Shown: positions 20,730 through 29,328 of the stretch, in pieces
How the letters are laid out: each line of letters opens with the position of its first letter
Position numbering within the stretch: the first letter of the stretch is position 1
Assembly: GCA_947477015.1 (NCBI GenBank)
Contig: CANJSM010000001.1
Span: forward strand, 1 to 53,845
DNA length: 53,845 nt
Reading direction: 5' to 3'
Source of the DNA: Legionellaceae bacterium
GTDB taxonomy: Bacteria; Pseudomonadota; Gammaproteobacteria; Legionellales; Legionellaceae
Program-made: the position numbers and the translations under genes
The notes under the pieces: generated by a model
The model's database searches: none
Seen by the model: only the letters and a program-made list of their open reading frames with translations
What the model was told of the DNA's origin: nothing

Positions 20730-21200
20730 ATGAATCAAAAAAACAAATTGGATGTTTCGCGCTTGAGCGTGTTGTTGTGCTCGAGCTTGTTGATTCTCAG
20801 TGGGAGCGCGCATGCGAATGAGTTCGTGTTTAGCCCCAAAACACACCAGTGGAAGGCTATCAATGATAATGGGGTGGTTGTGCGTACAGGTAAAGGCTCT
20901 GGTGGGCGTGCTTATTGCCCTGATATTCGCCGGGCGTGCAGAACGCCTACGGGGACGTTTCATGTATTATCAAGACGAGGGGCGGATTGTCGCTCGAGTA
21001 TATACCCTGTAGGTAAAGGTGGATCGCCAATGCCTTACTGTATGTTCTTTAGTAAGTACTATGCAGTGCATGGTTCACATGAGGTGCCAGCAGGCCGCAA
21101 CGCCAGTCATGGTTGTATCCGTATTGTACCCAGTGAAGCGCGTTGGTTGTATAACAACTTTATGCATGTTGGCACTACGGTTGTCGTTAAGCCGTATTAG
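20730..21200 (+). CDS. secreted L,D-transpeptidase (YkuD domain)
   Basis: Signal peptide ending SGSAHA and catalytic motif HGSHEVPAGRNASHGCIRI. Confidence 0.85.
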   Translation: MNQKNKLDVSRLSVLLCSSLLILSGSAHANEFVFSPKTHQWKAINDNGVVVRTGKGSGGRAYCPDIRRACRTPTGTFHVLSRRGADCRSSIYPVGKGGSPMPYCMFFSKYYAVHGSHEVPAGRNASHGCIRIVPSEARWLYNNFMHVGTTVVVKPY

Positions 21201-21206
21201 TGCAAG

Positions 21207-21229
21207 TCCCCGCGAAAGCGGGGGTTTTA
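21207..21229. terminator. bidirectional hairpin terminator between the ldt gene and the hipT remnant
   Basis: CCCCGC-GAAA-GCGGGG stem-loop followed by GTTTT. Confidence 0.6.
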
Positions 21230-21669
21230 TCCATTGGGTTTAAGTGATAGCCTGTGACATCGAATTGCCAAGAGCTCCAAGTATTTTTTTTGCATTTCTT
21301 TCGATAATAGGCTTGCCTGAATCAAATCCATCCATTTTGGGATGGCCATTGCAAACTCTTCTACGACGCTTGCAATCACAGATGCATTTAGTTTTAATCG
21401 TTCTTGCGCAAAATAATTAAAAAAATCATGTTGAGTTAAATTATTTTTTTTCCCGTGCAAGGGTAGGGCGATTTCTTCTTTTACATTTTTTTGCACAATG
21501 GTTGAATGGACATCTTGCCAACACGATCGATGGCTTCTTGACGCTGCTCATCGGCACTTAAATCGAGCGCTTTAAGTTCGGTCAATTTAGGAGCAAGTAG
21601 TCGCAAACCCTTTGGGGAATAGTGTTCTTTATCATGGATCAGTTCGTAACTGATAGGGCAATGTTTCAT
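21227..21669 (-). pseudogene. hipT: hipT kinase remnant: N-terminal 60 aa fused out of frame to the C-terminal 89 aa, with the kinase core deleted
   Basis: ORF 21669-21481 ends ...GKMSIQ (the HipA/HipT Gly-rich loop) and then stops. ORF 21496-21227 begins at ...LPLHGKKNNLTQHDF, the HipA C-terminal helical domain. The catalytic DxHxKN and YD motifs that lie between these parts in intact kinases are absent. Confidence 0.75.
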
Positions 21670-21974
21670 TCTATTGCCTCAATGGTTACTGCCCCAACCA
21701 CGTCTTGGCCGACTATCAATAACTGCGAAAAATAGTCATGTTTGTCTATTTTATACTTACGTAATAACGCTTCCAGCATCATGCCTTCGGGTAGCAGCCC
21801 TTCAAAAAAAGGCGGAAATACATCGAAGGAATAAGATGCTTGGTTTAGGGGCATGGTCAATGAAACGGGAGCGCCTTGATAATAGGGGTGGTAGGTAAAG
21901 AGATATTGTTTGTTCGATGACATCTGCAAAATACCCGCCTCGACGCCATTTACCAAGATTCGTGCAGTTCTCAT
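21666..21974 (-). CDS. hipS: HipS (stand-alone HipA N-terminal subdomain protein)
   Basis: A 102-aa protein with the HipA_N/couple_hipA pattern (VNGVEAGIL..., FFEGLLPEG, VGQDVVGAV). It overlaps hipB and the hipT remnant by 4 nt each. Confidence 0.8.
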   Translation of the reverse strand: MRTARILVNGVEAGILQMSSNKQYLFTYHPYYQGAPVSLTMPLNQASYSFDVFPPFFEGLLPEGMMLEALLRKYKIDKHDYFSQLLIVGQDVVGAVTIEAIE

Positions 21975-22198
21975 GGTTGCTTATCCAATGTGCTGTCGAA
22001 AGGCGTTTTAAGAGTCATGCGAATATTTAATACATCAAATACTTTTGATAACGTATCTAACTGTACTGATGCTTTACCTTTTTCAATATCAAAGATCACC
22101 GTTTTACCAACGCCAGCTAATTTAGCTAAGTCACGTTGTGACAATCCACTTTGTTTGCGACAATAATGAACGATGTTGGCTATCTCGATAGAGGACAT
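21971..22198 (-). CDS. hipB: HipB-like XRE-family HTH regulator
   Basis: HTH RKQSGLSQRDLAKLAGVGKTVIFDIEKGK. It is the first gene of the hipB-hipS-hipT order. Confidence 0.8.
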   Translation of the reverse strand: MSSIEIANIVHYCRKQSGLSQRDLAKLAGVGKTVIFDIEKGKASVQLDTLSKVFDVLNIRMTLKTPFDSTLDKQP

Positions 22199-22211
22199 TT
22201 CACACCATAAA

Positions 22212-22311
22212 AAAGGTATATATTACCTTTATAGCAGTAAAAACCGCCGATAACAAGAATTTATAGCCCATATTCTTATTAAACACCCGTTTTTTACTGC
22301 TATAAAGGTAA
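22212..22311. promoter_or_regulatory. palindrome-rich hipB upstream region with a perfect 21-bp inverted repeat pair (candidate operator)
   Basis: TTACCTTTATAGCAGTAAAAA (22223-22243) and its exact reverse complement (22291-22311) are separated by a 47-nt spacer. The palindrome AAAGGTA-TATAT-TACCTTT sits at 22212-22230, 14 nt upstream of the hipB ATG. Confidence 0.5.
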
Positions 22312-22356
22312 ATAAGCCATTTTTTAATGTTTACTGCTTTATTGAATAAGAAAATG

Positions 22357-22388
22357 CACTAAATTACTTCCATAGCAGTAATTTAGTG
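22357..22388 (-). terminator. hairpin terminator downstream of erpA
   Basis: CACTAAATTACT / AGTAATTTAGTG form a perfect 12-bp stem with an 8-nt loop, followed on the minus strand by a T-rich tract (CATTTTCTTATT). Confidence 0.55.
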
Positions 22389-22410
22389 TTGGTTAGTCTG
22401 TGTAAGGCAA

Positions 22411-22800
22411 TTACTCATCATCGTCAATACTAAACGATGAACCACAGCCGCACGTGGTTTTAGCATTGGGATTGTAAATTTTAAACTGTTCTTCGAGTCC
22501 AGATGTGAAATCAATTTCCGCACCCTGTAGGTATTGAAAGCTCATGGAGTCAACCAATAATTTAACGACGGACTTACCGTCAGAACAGCATTGTTCTATG
22601 ACGGTGTCATCGTCTTGGATGGTTTTATCGAATGTAAAGCCATATTGAAAGCCTGAGCAACCGCCACCGGTAATGTATACGCGCAAGTTAAGTGCCGGAT
22701 CGTTTTCTTCAGCAATTAATGATGCAACTTTATCTGCCGCGTTGACTGAAAAAGTGACTTTTGCTGTTGCTGATGTTGGTGATGCATTGATTGCGCCCAT
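22411..22800 (-). CDS. erpA: iron-sulfur cluster insertion protein ErpA (A-type carrier)
   Basis: HesB/IscA motifs GGGCSGFQY and C-terminal CGCGSSF. Confidence 0.85.
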   Translation of the reverse strand: MGAINASPTSATAKVTFSVNAADKVASLIAEENDPALNLRVYITGGGCSGFQYGFTFDKTIQDDDTVIEQCCSDGKSVVKLLVDSMSFQYLQGAEIDFTSGLEEQFKIYNPNAKTTCGCGSSFSIDDDE

Positions 22801-22898
22801 GAAGGTTGCTCCCGTTTGTCTATGTTTTAATAGCTATTATACTCGACTTTGGCCATTTTTACTGAATAGGTACGTTTTAAAATGGCGAAAGCCGAATT

Positions 22899-23993
22899 TT
22901 AGCGAATAATTTGCTCGATAGTTGCCCCGCCGAGGCATTGGTTTTTATCATAAAATACAATGTATTGTCCCGGAGTGACCGCCCTTTGCATGCTGGAAAA
23001 TAGTACGCAATGTTGATTGTTGTTATCTAATGGTGAGATGACACAGGCTTGATCCTCTTGGCGATATCGCGTTTTAGCGTAACACGTCATTGGAAAAGCG
23101 TCCTCGGCAAAGGTTTTTAGCCAATGAATAGGCCCACACATCAGCCCTTGTGAGTACAACATTGGATGATGATTGCCTTGGGCTACGATCAACGTATTGG
23201 TCGCTGTGTCTTTATCCACCACATACCATGGATTTTCACTGCCATCCCGCGTGCCGCCAATCCCTAACCCTTGGCGTTGGCCCAACGTATAAAACATCAG
23301 CCCATCATGACGTCCCAGTGTTTCACCTTGAGCGCTTTTCATCACACCAGGACGCGCCAAGATAAATTCATTCAAAAATGTTTTAAAGCGTTTTTCACCA
23401 ATAAAACAAATTCCTGTTGAATCTTTTTTAGCATGCGTCACCAAACCCATTTCAGCGGCTATTCGTCTGACATCGGTTTTAAGTAGCTCACCTACAGGAA
23501 ACAATGTTTTGGCCAATGCTGAGGGTTCAACGGCATGTAGAAAATAGCTTTGATCTTTGTCGCGGTCTTTCGCTTTATATAGCTCACCGACGCCTTCATT
23601 GACTTGAACGCGGGCGTAATGGCCTGTTGCAATAAAATCAGCTCCTAGAGATAAGGCATGCTGAAGAAACGCGTTGAATTTAATTTCTTTATTGCACAAT
23701 ACATCAGGATTGGGGGTGCGTGCTTGCTCATATTCATTGAGAAAATGATTAAAAACGCGATCCCAGTAGGCTTGCGAAAAATTAACGCTGTGTAGTGGAA
23801 TGCCTATTTGATCACAAACAGCTTGCGCATCCGCCAAATCTTGAGCTGCTGCACAGTAGCCTTCTTTGTCATCCTGTTCCCAATTTTTCATGAACAGGCC
23901 TTCAACCTCATAACCTTGTTGCTGCAATAAAAAGGCTGCAACGGAGGAGTCTACTCCACCCGACATGCCTACAATCACTTTTGTTTTTTTCAT
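22899..23993 (-). CDS. mnmA: tRNA-specific 2-thiouridylase MnmA
   Basis: PP-loop [10 protein letters not shown] and catalytic cysteines (CNKEIKF, GICFIGE). Confidence 0.95.
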   Translation of the reverse strand: MKKTKVIVGMSGGVDSSVAAFLLQQQGYEVEGLFMKNWEQDDKEGYCAAAQDLADAQAVCDQIGIPLHSVNFSQAYWDRVFNHFLNEYEQARTPNPDVLCNKEIKFNAFLQHALSLGADFIATGHYARVQVNEGVGELYKAKDRDKDQSYFLHAVEPSALAKTLFPVGELLKTDVRRIAAEMGLVTHAKKDSTGICFIGEKRFKTFLNEFILARPGVMKSAQGETLGRHDGLMFYTLGQRQGLGIGGTRDGSENPWYVVDKDTATNTLIVAQGNHHPMLYSQGLMCGPIHWLKTFAEDAFPMTCYAKTRYRQEDQACVISPLDNNNQHCVLFSSMQRAVTPGQYIVFYDKNQCLGGATIEQIIR

Positions 23994-24023
23994 TAGGTGT
24001 CACTCTCCAAGGACGTTATCTTG

Positions 24024-24977
24024 TTAAGCACATTCCGTTAGCTTCATTTTTTTAAGCCCTAGTCGATTAAACAACGCATGGTCTTCTTCTGGAACAGGGT
24101 TTGCTGCAGTTAAGAGTTTTTCGCCGTAAAATATTGAATTGGCTCCGGCCATGAAACACAGTGCTTGCAGCTCGTCCGACATTTGTTCTCTGCCTGCAGA
24201 CAGACGAATCATGGTGTTAGGCATGATGATGCGTGCTAGGGCTATGGTGCGCACGAAATCAAAACAGTCTACATCAGTTTGTTGGGCTAGGGGCGTGCCG
24301 GGTATTTTAATCAGTTTATTAATTGGGACTGATTCAGGTGGCTCATCAAGGTTTGCGAGTGCTATTAACATGCCGATACGGTCAGTATTTGTTTCCCCTA
24401 GGCCAAGAATACCACCACTGCAGACTTTGACACCAGATTGACGAACCCGGCTTAAAGTGTCTAGTCTATCTTGGAAGGTACGTGTAGAGATGATTTGATC
24501 GTAAAATTCGGGAGAGGTATCGATGTTGTGATTGTAAAAATCAAGCCCCGCTTCTTTCAACTGCGTGGCTTGTTCGTCTTTTAATAATCCCAGTGTCACG
24601 CAGGTTTCAAGCCCTAGCTTTTTGACCTCGGTCACCATTTCACACACGGTATTTAAGTCTTTTTCACTCGGGCCGCGCCAAGCAGCTCCCATGCAAAAAC
24701 GAGTGCTTCCCGCTTCTTTGGCACGCGTAGCTGCTTCCAAAACGTCTTTTAGTTCCATTAAGGGTTCTTTTTGCAATCCTGTTTTATAATGAGCAGACTG
24801 TGGGCAATACGAGCAATCCTCAGGGCAGCGACCTGTTTTAATGCTTAGCAACGTGCTAATCTGCACGCTGTTTGGATCAAAGTGATTGCGATGTGTTGTT
24901 TGAGCTTGATACATGAGTTCATTGAATGGCAGGTTGAACAGGTGCTCTGCCTCTTGTAAAGTCCACGTTTTCTTCAT
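24024..24977 (-). CDS. bioB: biotin synthase
   Basis: Radical-SAM motif [11 protein letters not shown] and YNHNIDT. Confidence 0.95.
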   Translation of the reverse strand: MKKTWTLQEAEHLFNLPFNELMYQAQTTHRNHFDPNSVQISTLLSIKTGRCPEDCSYCPQSAHYKTGLQKEPLMELKDVLEAATRAKEAGSTRFCMGAAWRGPSEKDLNTVCEMVTEVKKLGLETCVTLGLLKDEQATQLKEAGLDFYNHNIDTSPEFYDQIISTRTFQDRLDTLSRVRQSGVKVCSGGILGLGETNTDRIGMLIALANLDEPPESVPINKLIKIPGTPLAQQTDVDCFDFVRTIALARIIMPNTMIRLSAGREQMSDELQALCFMAGANSIFYGEKLLTAANPVPEEDHALFNRLGLKKMKLTECA

Positions 24978-25009
24978 GATTAAATACCCATTAATTTTAC
25001 AGGAATAGC

Positions 25010-26146
25010 ATGTTTGAACTATACCGGCAATACGGTGAAAAGCGGAAGATTACAGGAATATATCGTCAATTACCAGAATCAGGCCGTTCAACAGCAGTCA
25101 CAACATTAGACTTTTCAAGCAATGATTATCTAGGACTAGGCCAACGAAAAGAGCTCCTTGATGCAGCCATTGAGGTTGGTTTGCGAGAAGGTGTAGGTGC
25201 TACCGGATCACGCCTACTCTCTGGCAATAAGCCCATTTTTGAGAAACTTGAGTCTCGTATTGCACTAGATAAGCACACAGAAACAGCACTCTTGTTTAAC
25301 TCAGGTTTTCAAGCCAATTTAACGGTGTTGTCAAGCCTACTGGATTCGAGAGTACTCAACAGCAAACCCATTGTATTTTTTGATCGATTAAATCATGCGA
25401 GTTTATATCAAGCCATGTTCTTAAGTGGTGCAGAACTGGTTCGGTATAGGCACTTGGATTTGGATCATTTGTCAGAATGCTTGAGGCATTATCAACAAGA
25501 TAAACGCCCTAAATTTATTGTTACTGAAACGCTGTTTGGAATGGATGGTGATATTTTGCCTCTCGATAATGTATTGGAGCTTGCTCGAGAGCATGATGCG
25601 TTATTGTACTTGGATGAGGCCCATGCGGTTGGCATTCTTGGGAAGCAGGGGTATGGTTTGTCGACAACCATTGAGCATGATGTTCCCACTATAGTAATAG
25701 GGACCCTGAGCAAGGCGATTGGTTGTGCGGGTGCCTATGTTGCTTGTGATAACATCATGAAAGAGTATTTGATCAACAAAGCAGAAGGCTTTATTTATTC
25801 TACGGCCGCATCACCGATGGTGATGGGGGCTGCCTTAGCAGCATGGGAGATGATTCCTTTATTTAATACAGCGCGCAAAACCTTGTTTACTTTAGCGGAT
25901 GGTTTAAGAACGCGATTGCAAACTTTAGGTTTTGATACAGGCCCCTCCCTTTCACACATTATTCCCTTGATTGTGGGACAGTCGGCTTTAACAGAGCTAA
26001 ATACTAAACTACGAGCTGCCGGGGTGGTCGCATCATTCATTCGAAAACCCACCGTCCCGTCTGGTCGCGAGCGCGTTCGTTTGGCGTTGACTGTGAATCA
26101 CACCCAACAGGATATTGATTACTTGCTGGATGTGCTTGCATCATGA
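25010..26146 (+). CDS. bioF: 8-amino-7-oxononanoate synthase
   Basis: FSSNDYLGL, the DEAH..G motif and the PLP lysine region GTLSKA. Confidence 0.9.
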   Translation: MFELYRQYGEKRKITGIYRQLPESGRSTAVTTLDFSSNDYLGLGQRKELLDAAIEVGLREGVGATGSRLLSGNKPIFEKLESRIALDKHTETALLFNSGFQANLTVLSSLLDSRVLNSKPIVFFDRLNHASLYQAMFLSGAELVRYRHLDLDHLSECLRHYQQDKRPKFIVTETLFGMDGDILPLDNVLELAREHDALLYLDEAHAVGILGKQGYGLSTTIEHDVPTIVIGTLSKAIGCAGAYVACDNIMKEYLINKAEGFIYSTAASPMVMGAALAAWEMIPLFNTARKTLFTLADGLRTRLQTLGFDTGPSLSHIIPLIVGQSALTELNTKLRAAGVVASFIRKPTVPSGRERVRLALTVNHTQQDIDYLLDVLAS

Positions 26147-26844
26147 TGGAAGGCACTTCAACAATCTTGGAATCGCATAGAAAACAATGTGTTGTGTTTT
26201 GTCATGGGTTTGGGTTTGATGCATCGTTTTGGGATGCTTTACGGCCTTATTTTGTAGGATTGGATACGTTTTTTTTGGACTTAGGCTATTTTAGTGAGAT
26301 GCATGAGGCTTTTTCTCAATATTCGTGTTGGGCCAAGGCCCAACCTACGGATACTGACTTCATCGGTGTTGGTCATTCAATAGGACTTATTAAGTTACTC
26401 TCATTAAACATCTCGTTTAAATATTTAGTTGGATTGCATGGATTTGTGAATTTTTTGGGAGAAGATGCGGCACTTCATCGTCGAAGACAGCGTGAATTAA
26501 GTGTCTTAACGAAGCACTGTATGGATTCTTCGGCATTAACTTTACAAGCATTCTATCAGCGAGCAGGGGTGGACTTTACTGCGCCCTTAGGGCATTTAAA
26601 TCAGCAGAGATTGCTCGATGATCTAGCGTTGTTGGCACATCCTATCCCTATACCAAAGAATATTCCATTGCTTATTTTAGGCAGCAATGACGATAAAATT
26701 ACACCACCGGCATTGCTGCTCGATAATTTTGCTGGCCACCAACAGGTCACCGTTGAGATTTTAGATCAGGTTCAGCATGGGTTGGGGTATCTTAAACCCG
26801 CTGAAGTGTATCAACGCATCATGCGTTTTTTAGAGGAGGTTTAA
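26143..26844 (+). CDS. short alpha/beta hydrolase, candidate pimeloyl-ACP methyl ester esterase (BioH-like)
   Basis: Nucleophile elbow GVGHSIG, with later Asp (SNDDKITP) and His (VQHGLG). It sits between bioF and bioD, with an ATGA overlap onto bioF. Confidence 0.65.
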   Translation: MMEGTSTILESHRKQCVVFCHGFGFDASFWDALRPYFVGLDTFFLDLGYFSEMHEAFSQYSCWAKAQPTDTDFIGVGHSIGLIKLLSLNISFKYLVGLHGFVNFLGEDAALHRRRQRELSVLTKHCMDSSALTLQAFYQRAGVDFTAPLGHLNQQRLLDDLALLAHPIPIPKNIPLLILGSNDDKITPPALLLDNFAGHQQVTVEILDQVQHGLGYLKPAEVYQRIMRFLEEV

Positions 26845-26845
26845 C

Positions 26846-27484
26846 ATGCGGATTTTTATTACAGGCACGGACACTAACGTCGGAAAAACCGTCGTGTCCA
26901 GCTGGCTGTGTTTGAAAACAGGCTATGACTATTTTAAACCCATACAGTCTGGCGTGAGTGAAGGACGAGATAGCCAGGTGGTGGCAGCATACTCTGGTGC
27001 ACGCGTATTTCCCGAAGCCTATTGTTATCAAGCGCCTTTGTCACCCCATTTGGCAGCTGCTGCTGAACACGAGACGATTGATACTCAGCGCATTCAATTG
27101 CCTGACTCGAATAACTTGATAGTCGAGGGTGCTGGTGGCGTGCTAGTGCCGATTAATGACGATACCTTAATGGTTGATTTCATGAAGCAATTGAATGTGC
27201 CAGTGATCTTGGTGGCGTCATCGCGCTTAGGAACAATCAATCATTCTTTGCTAAGTCTAGAAGCACTTCGAGCCCGAAATATAGACGTATTGGGTGTGAT
27301 TGTTACCGGAGAACCTAATGATGCCTCGATTAGATCGATAGAAGTTTACGGCCATACAGAAGTACTCGCGCATCTGCCTTTTTTGCCTGAGTTGAATCAA
27401 TTCACTTTGAACCAAGTGGACTTTGGCGTAAAATTAACGTCTATTTTTGACTTAAAGAAACGGCTCTTTAGCTATTCTACCTGA
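26846..27484 (+). CDS. bioD: dethiobiotin synthetase
   Basis: MRIFITGTDTNVGKT P-loop and the EGAGG motif. Confidence 0.9.
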   Translation: MRIFITGTDTNVGKTVVSSWLCLKTGYDYFKPIQSGVSEGRDSQVVAAYSGARVFPEAYCYQAPLSPHLAAAAEHETIDTQRIQLPDSNNLIVEGAGGVLVPINDDTLMVDFMKQLNVPVILVASSRLGTINHSLLSLEALRARNIDVLGVIVTGEPNDASIRSIEVYGHTEVLAHLPFLPELNQFTLNQVDFGVKLTSIFDLKKRLFSYST

Positions 27485-27510
27485 AAAAATAAGATTTTCA
27501 GGTAGAATAG
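27472..27510 (+). other. perfect 16-bp stem / 7-nt loop hairpin spanning the bioD stop codon (intra-operon attenuator or processing/stability element)
   Basis: CTATTCTACCTGAAAA-aataaga-TTTTCAGGTAGAATAG. No clear T-run follows. Confidence 0.5.
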
Positions 27511-27551
27511 GTGTCTTTGGATGAGTCAGTGAAACGAATGAGAGCTCCTTT

Positions 27552-28832
27552 ATGACTTTAAGTGAACGTGATAGAGCCCTTATATGGCATCCTTTCACGC
27601 AGGAAAAAACCGCGACGATCCCGCTTGCTATTCAACGCGCACAGGGTTCTTATGTTTATGATGAGCAGGGTCAATGTTATCTAGATTTGATTTCTAGTTG
27701 GTGGGTTAATTTGCATGGGCATGCACACCCTGTGATTGCAAATGCCATTTATGAGCAAGCTAGTACGCTGGAGCATATTTTGTTTGCGGGGTTTACCCAC
27801 GAGCCTGCGGTGAAATTGTGCGAGCAGTTAAAGTCGATTGTATCGGATACCCTGACGCGTTTTTTCTTTTCAGACAATGGATCAACTTGTGTGGAAGTGG
27901 CGTTAAAAATGGCGTCACAATATTGGTATAACCGAGAGCAACAAGTCAGGCCACTCTTTATTAGTTTTGAGGGGGGGTATCATGGCGACACCTTTGGAGC
28001 CATGTCGGTGGGTGCGCAATCCGGTTATCATGATCCCTTTAAATCACTTTTTTTCAAAGTATTAAGTGTGCCTTTTCCTGCCACCTGGGACGGGGATGAA
28101 GACATTGATAAGAAAGAGCAGGATGCGCTGGCGTGTCTTGACGAACAGTTGCATGACCATGTCGGTGAGATTGCTGCCATCATTTTAGAGCCGTTGATGC
28201 AAGGCGCCAGTGGCATGCGCATGTGCCGCCCAACGTTTGTGAAAGCCGTAGTTGAGCGGGTGCGACAAGCGGGTATTTTGGTGATTTTTGATGAGGTCAT
28301 GACCGGATTTGGACGCACCGGAAGCACGTTTGCTTATCAGCAGACCGGTGTTACGCCAGATTTTTTATGTGTTTCCAAAGGCATTACCGGTGGTTTTCTG
28401 CCCTTGGCGTTAACCATCACCACCGATAAAATCTATGATGCTTTTTTAAGTGAACACTGGCACCATGCCTTCGCACACGGGCATTCCTATACTGCAAATC
28501 CCATAGCTTGTGCCGCAGCTGTTGCGTCGTTTGATTTGTTGATGCATCCTGAAACACAACAGGCTATCAAAGCTATTCATGATGCGCACTTAGAAGGGTT
28601 GGCCTATTTAAGCAAAGCGTCTGACTGCATTGAAAGAATTAGATGTCTTGGGACTATTGCGGCCTTTGATATTAATGGGCGAGACATGAGCGTGTATAAG
28701 CAGGCCTTTTTGAACCACGGACTGTTGATTAGACCCATAGGCAACACGGTTTATTTATTACCTCCTTATTCAACGACACCTGAACAAATTCGTGCCGCGT
28801 ATGCAGGGGTAGGTGAGGTGATTTTAGGTTAA
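27552..28832 (+). CDS. bioA: adenosylmethionine-8-amino-7-oxononanoate aminotransferase
   Basis: Class III aminotransferase features: WHPF, FDEVMTGFGRTG and the PLP lysine in CVSKGITGG. Confidence 0.9.
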   Translation: MTLSERDRALIWHPFTQEKTATIPLAIQRAQGSYVYDEQGQCYLDLISSWWVNLHGHAHPVIANAIYEQASTLEHILFAGFTHEPAVKLCEQLKSIVSDTLTRFFFSDNGSTCVEVALKMASQYWYNREQQVRPLFISFEGGYHGDTFGAMSVGAQSGYHDPFKSLFFKVLSVPFPATWDGDEDIDKKEQDALACLDEQLHDHVGEIAAIILEPLMQGASGMRMCRPTFVKAVVERVRQAGILVIFDEVMTGFGRTGSTFAYQQTGVTPDFLCVSKGITGGFLPLALTITTDKIYDAFLSEHWHHAFAHGHSYTANPIACAAAVASFDLLMHPETQQAIKAIHDAHLEGLAYLSKASDCIERIRCLGTIAAFDINGRDMSVYKQAFLNHGLLIRPIGNTVYLLPPYSTTPEQIRAAYAGVGEVILG

Positions 28833-28899
28833 GCAGGTGTAATTCTTACTTCTAATGTTATACCTGGACATTGGACAGAATACAGGATTTAATGTTCAT

Positions 28900-29214
28900 A
28901 TGAATGATAAAATTGATGTCCGCTGGGTTCAGCGTTTCGCGAATTATAAAAAAGCGTTGTCTCAACTGGAAAAATTTATTGCCAAAGGCAAGCTAAATGA
29001 GCTTGAAGTACAAGGTTTAATACAAGCTTTTGAGTATACTCATGAGTTGGCTTGGAATGTTTTGCGCGATTATTTGCGAGACCAGGGCAATTTCGGTATC
29101 CACGGATCACGAGATGCTACACGAGAGGCATTCAAATTAGATTTAATTCAAGAGGGCGAGATCTGGATGGACATGATCCAAGATCGTAAACGCCTCCTCA
29201 GCCTGAACGGTTAA
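28900..29214 (+). pseudogene. orphan HI0074-family HEPN gene truncated at the active site
   Basis: It shares IQAFEYTHELAWNVLRDYL with the intact copy at 11686. It ends ...MIQDRKRLLSLNG* exactly where the Rx4H motif (DRSVTSH in the intact copy) should be. No MNT partner is present. Confidence 0.6.
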
Positions 29215-29328
29215 GGAATCGATATAGAACACTAGGGCGGTTTGTCCGCGGGACGTCGAACTTCAGAAGATGAATTGTCTAAACGCCCTAGGACATTAAG
29301 TTTTTTTGTTTTTTTGGGATGTGATTGG

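Noticed and set aside
20712-21243. ORFs 20712-20963 (-), 20800-21012 (+) and 21019-21243 (+) around the L,D-transpeptidase gene.
   Set aside because: All overlap the YkuD-domain ORF, which has a signal peptide and the SHGCIR catalytic motif. The alternatives are Arg/Cys-rich with no motifs.
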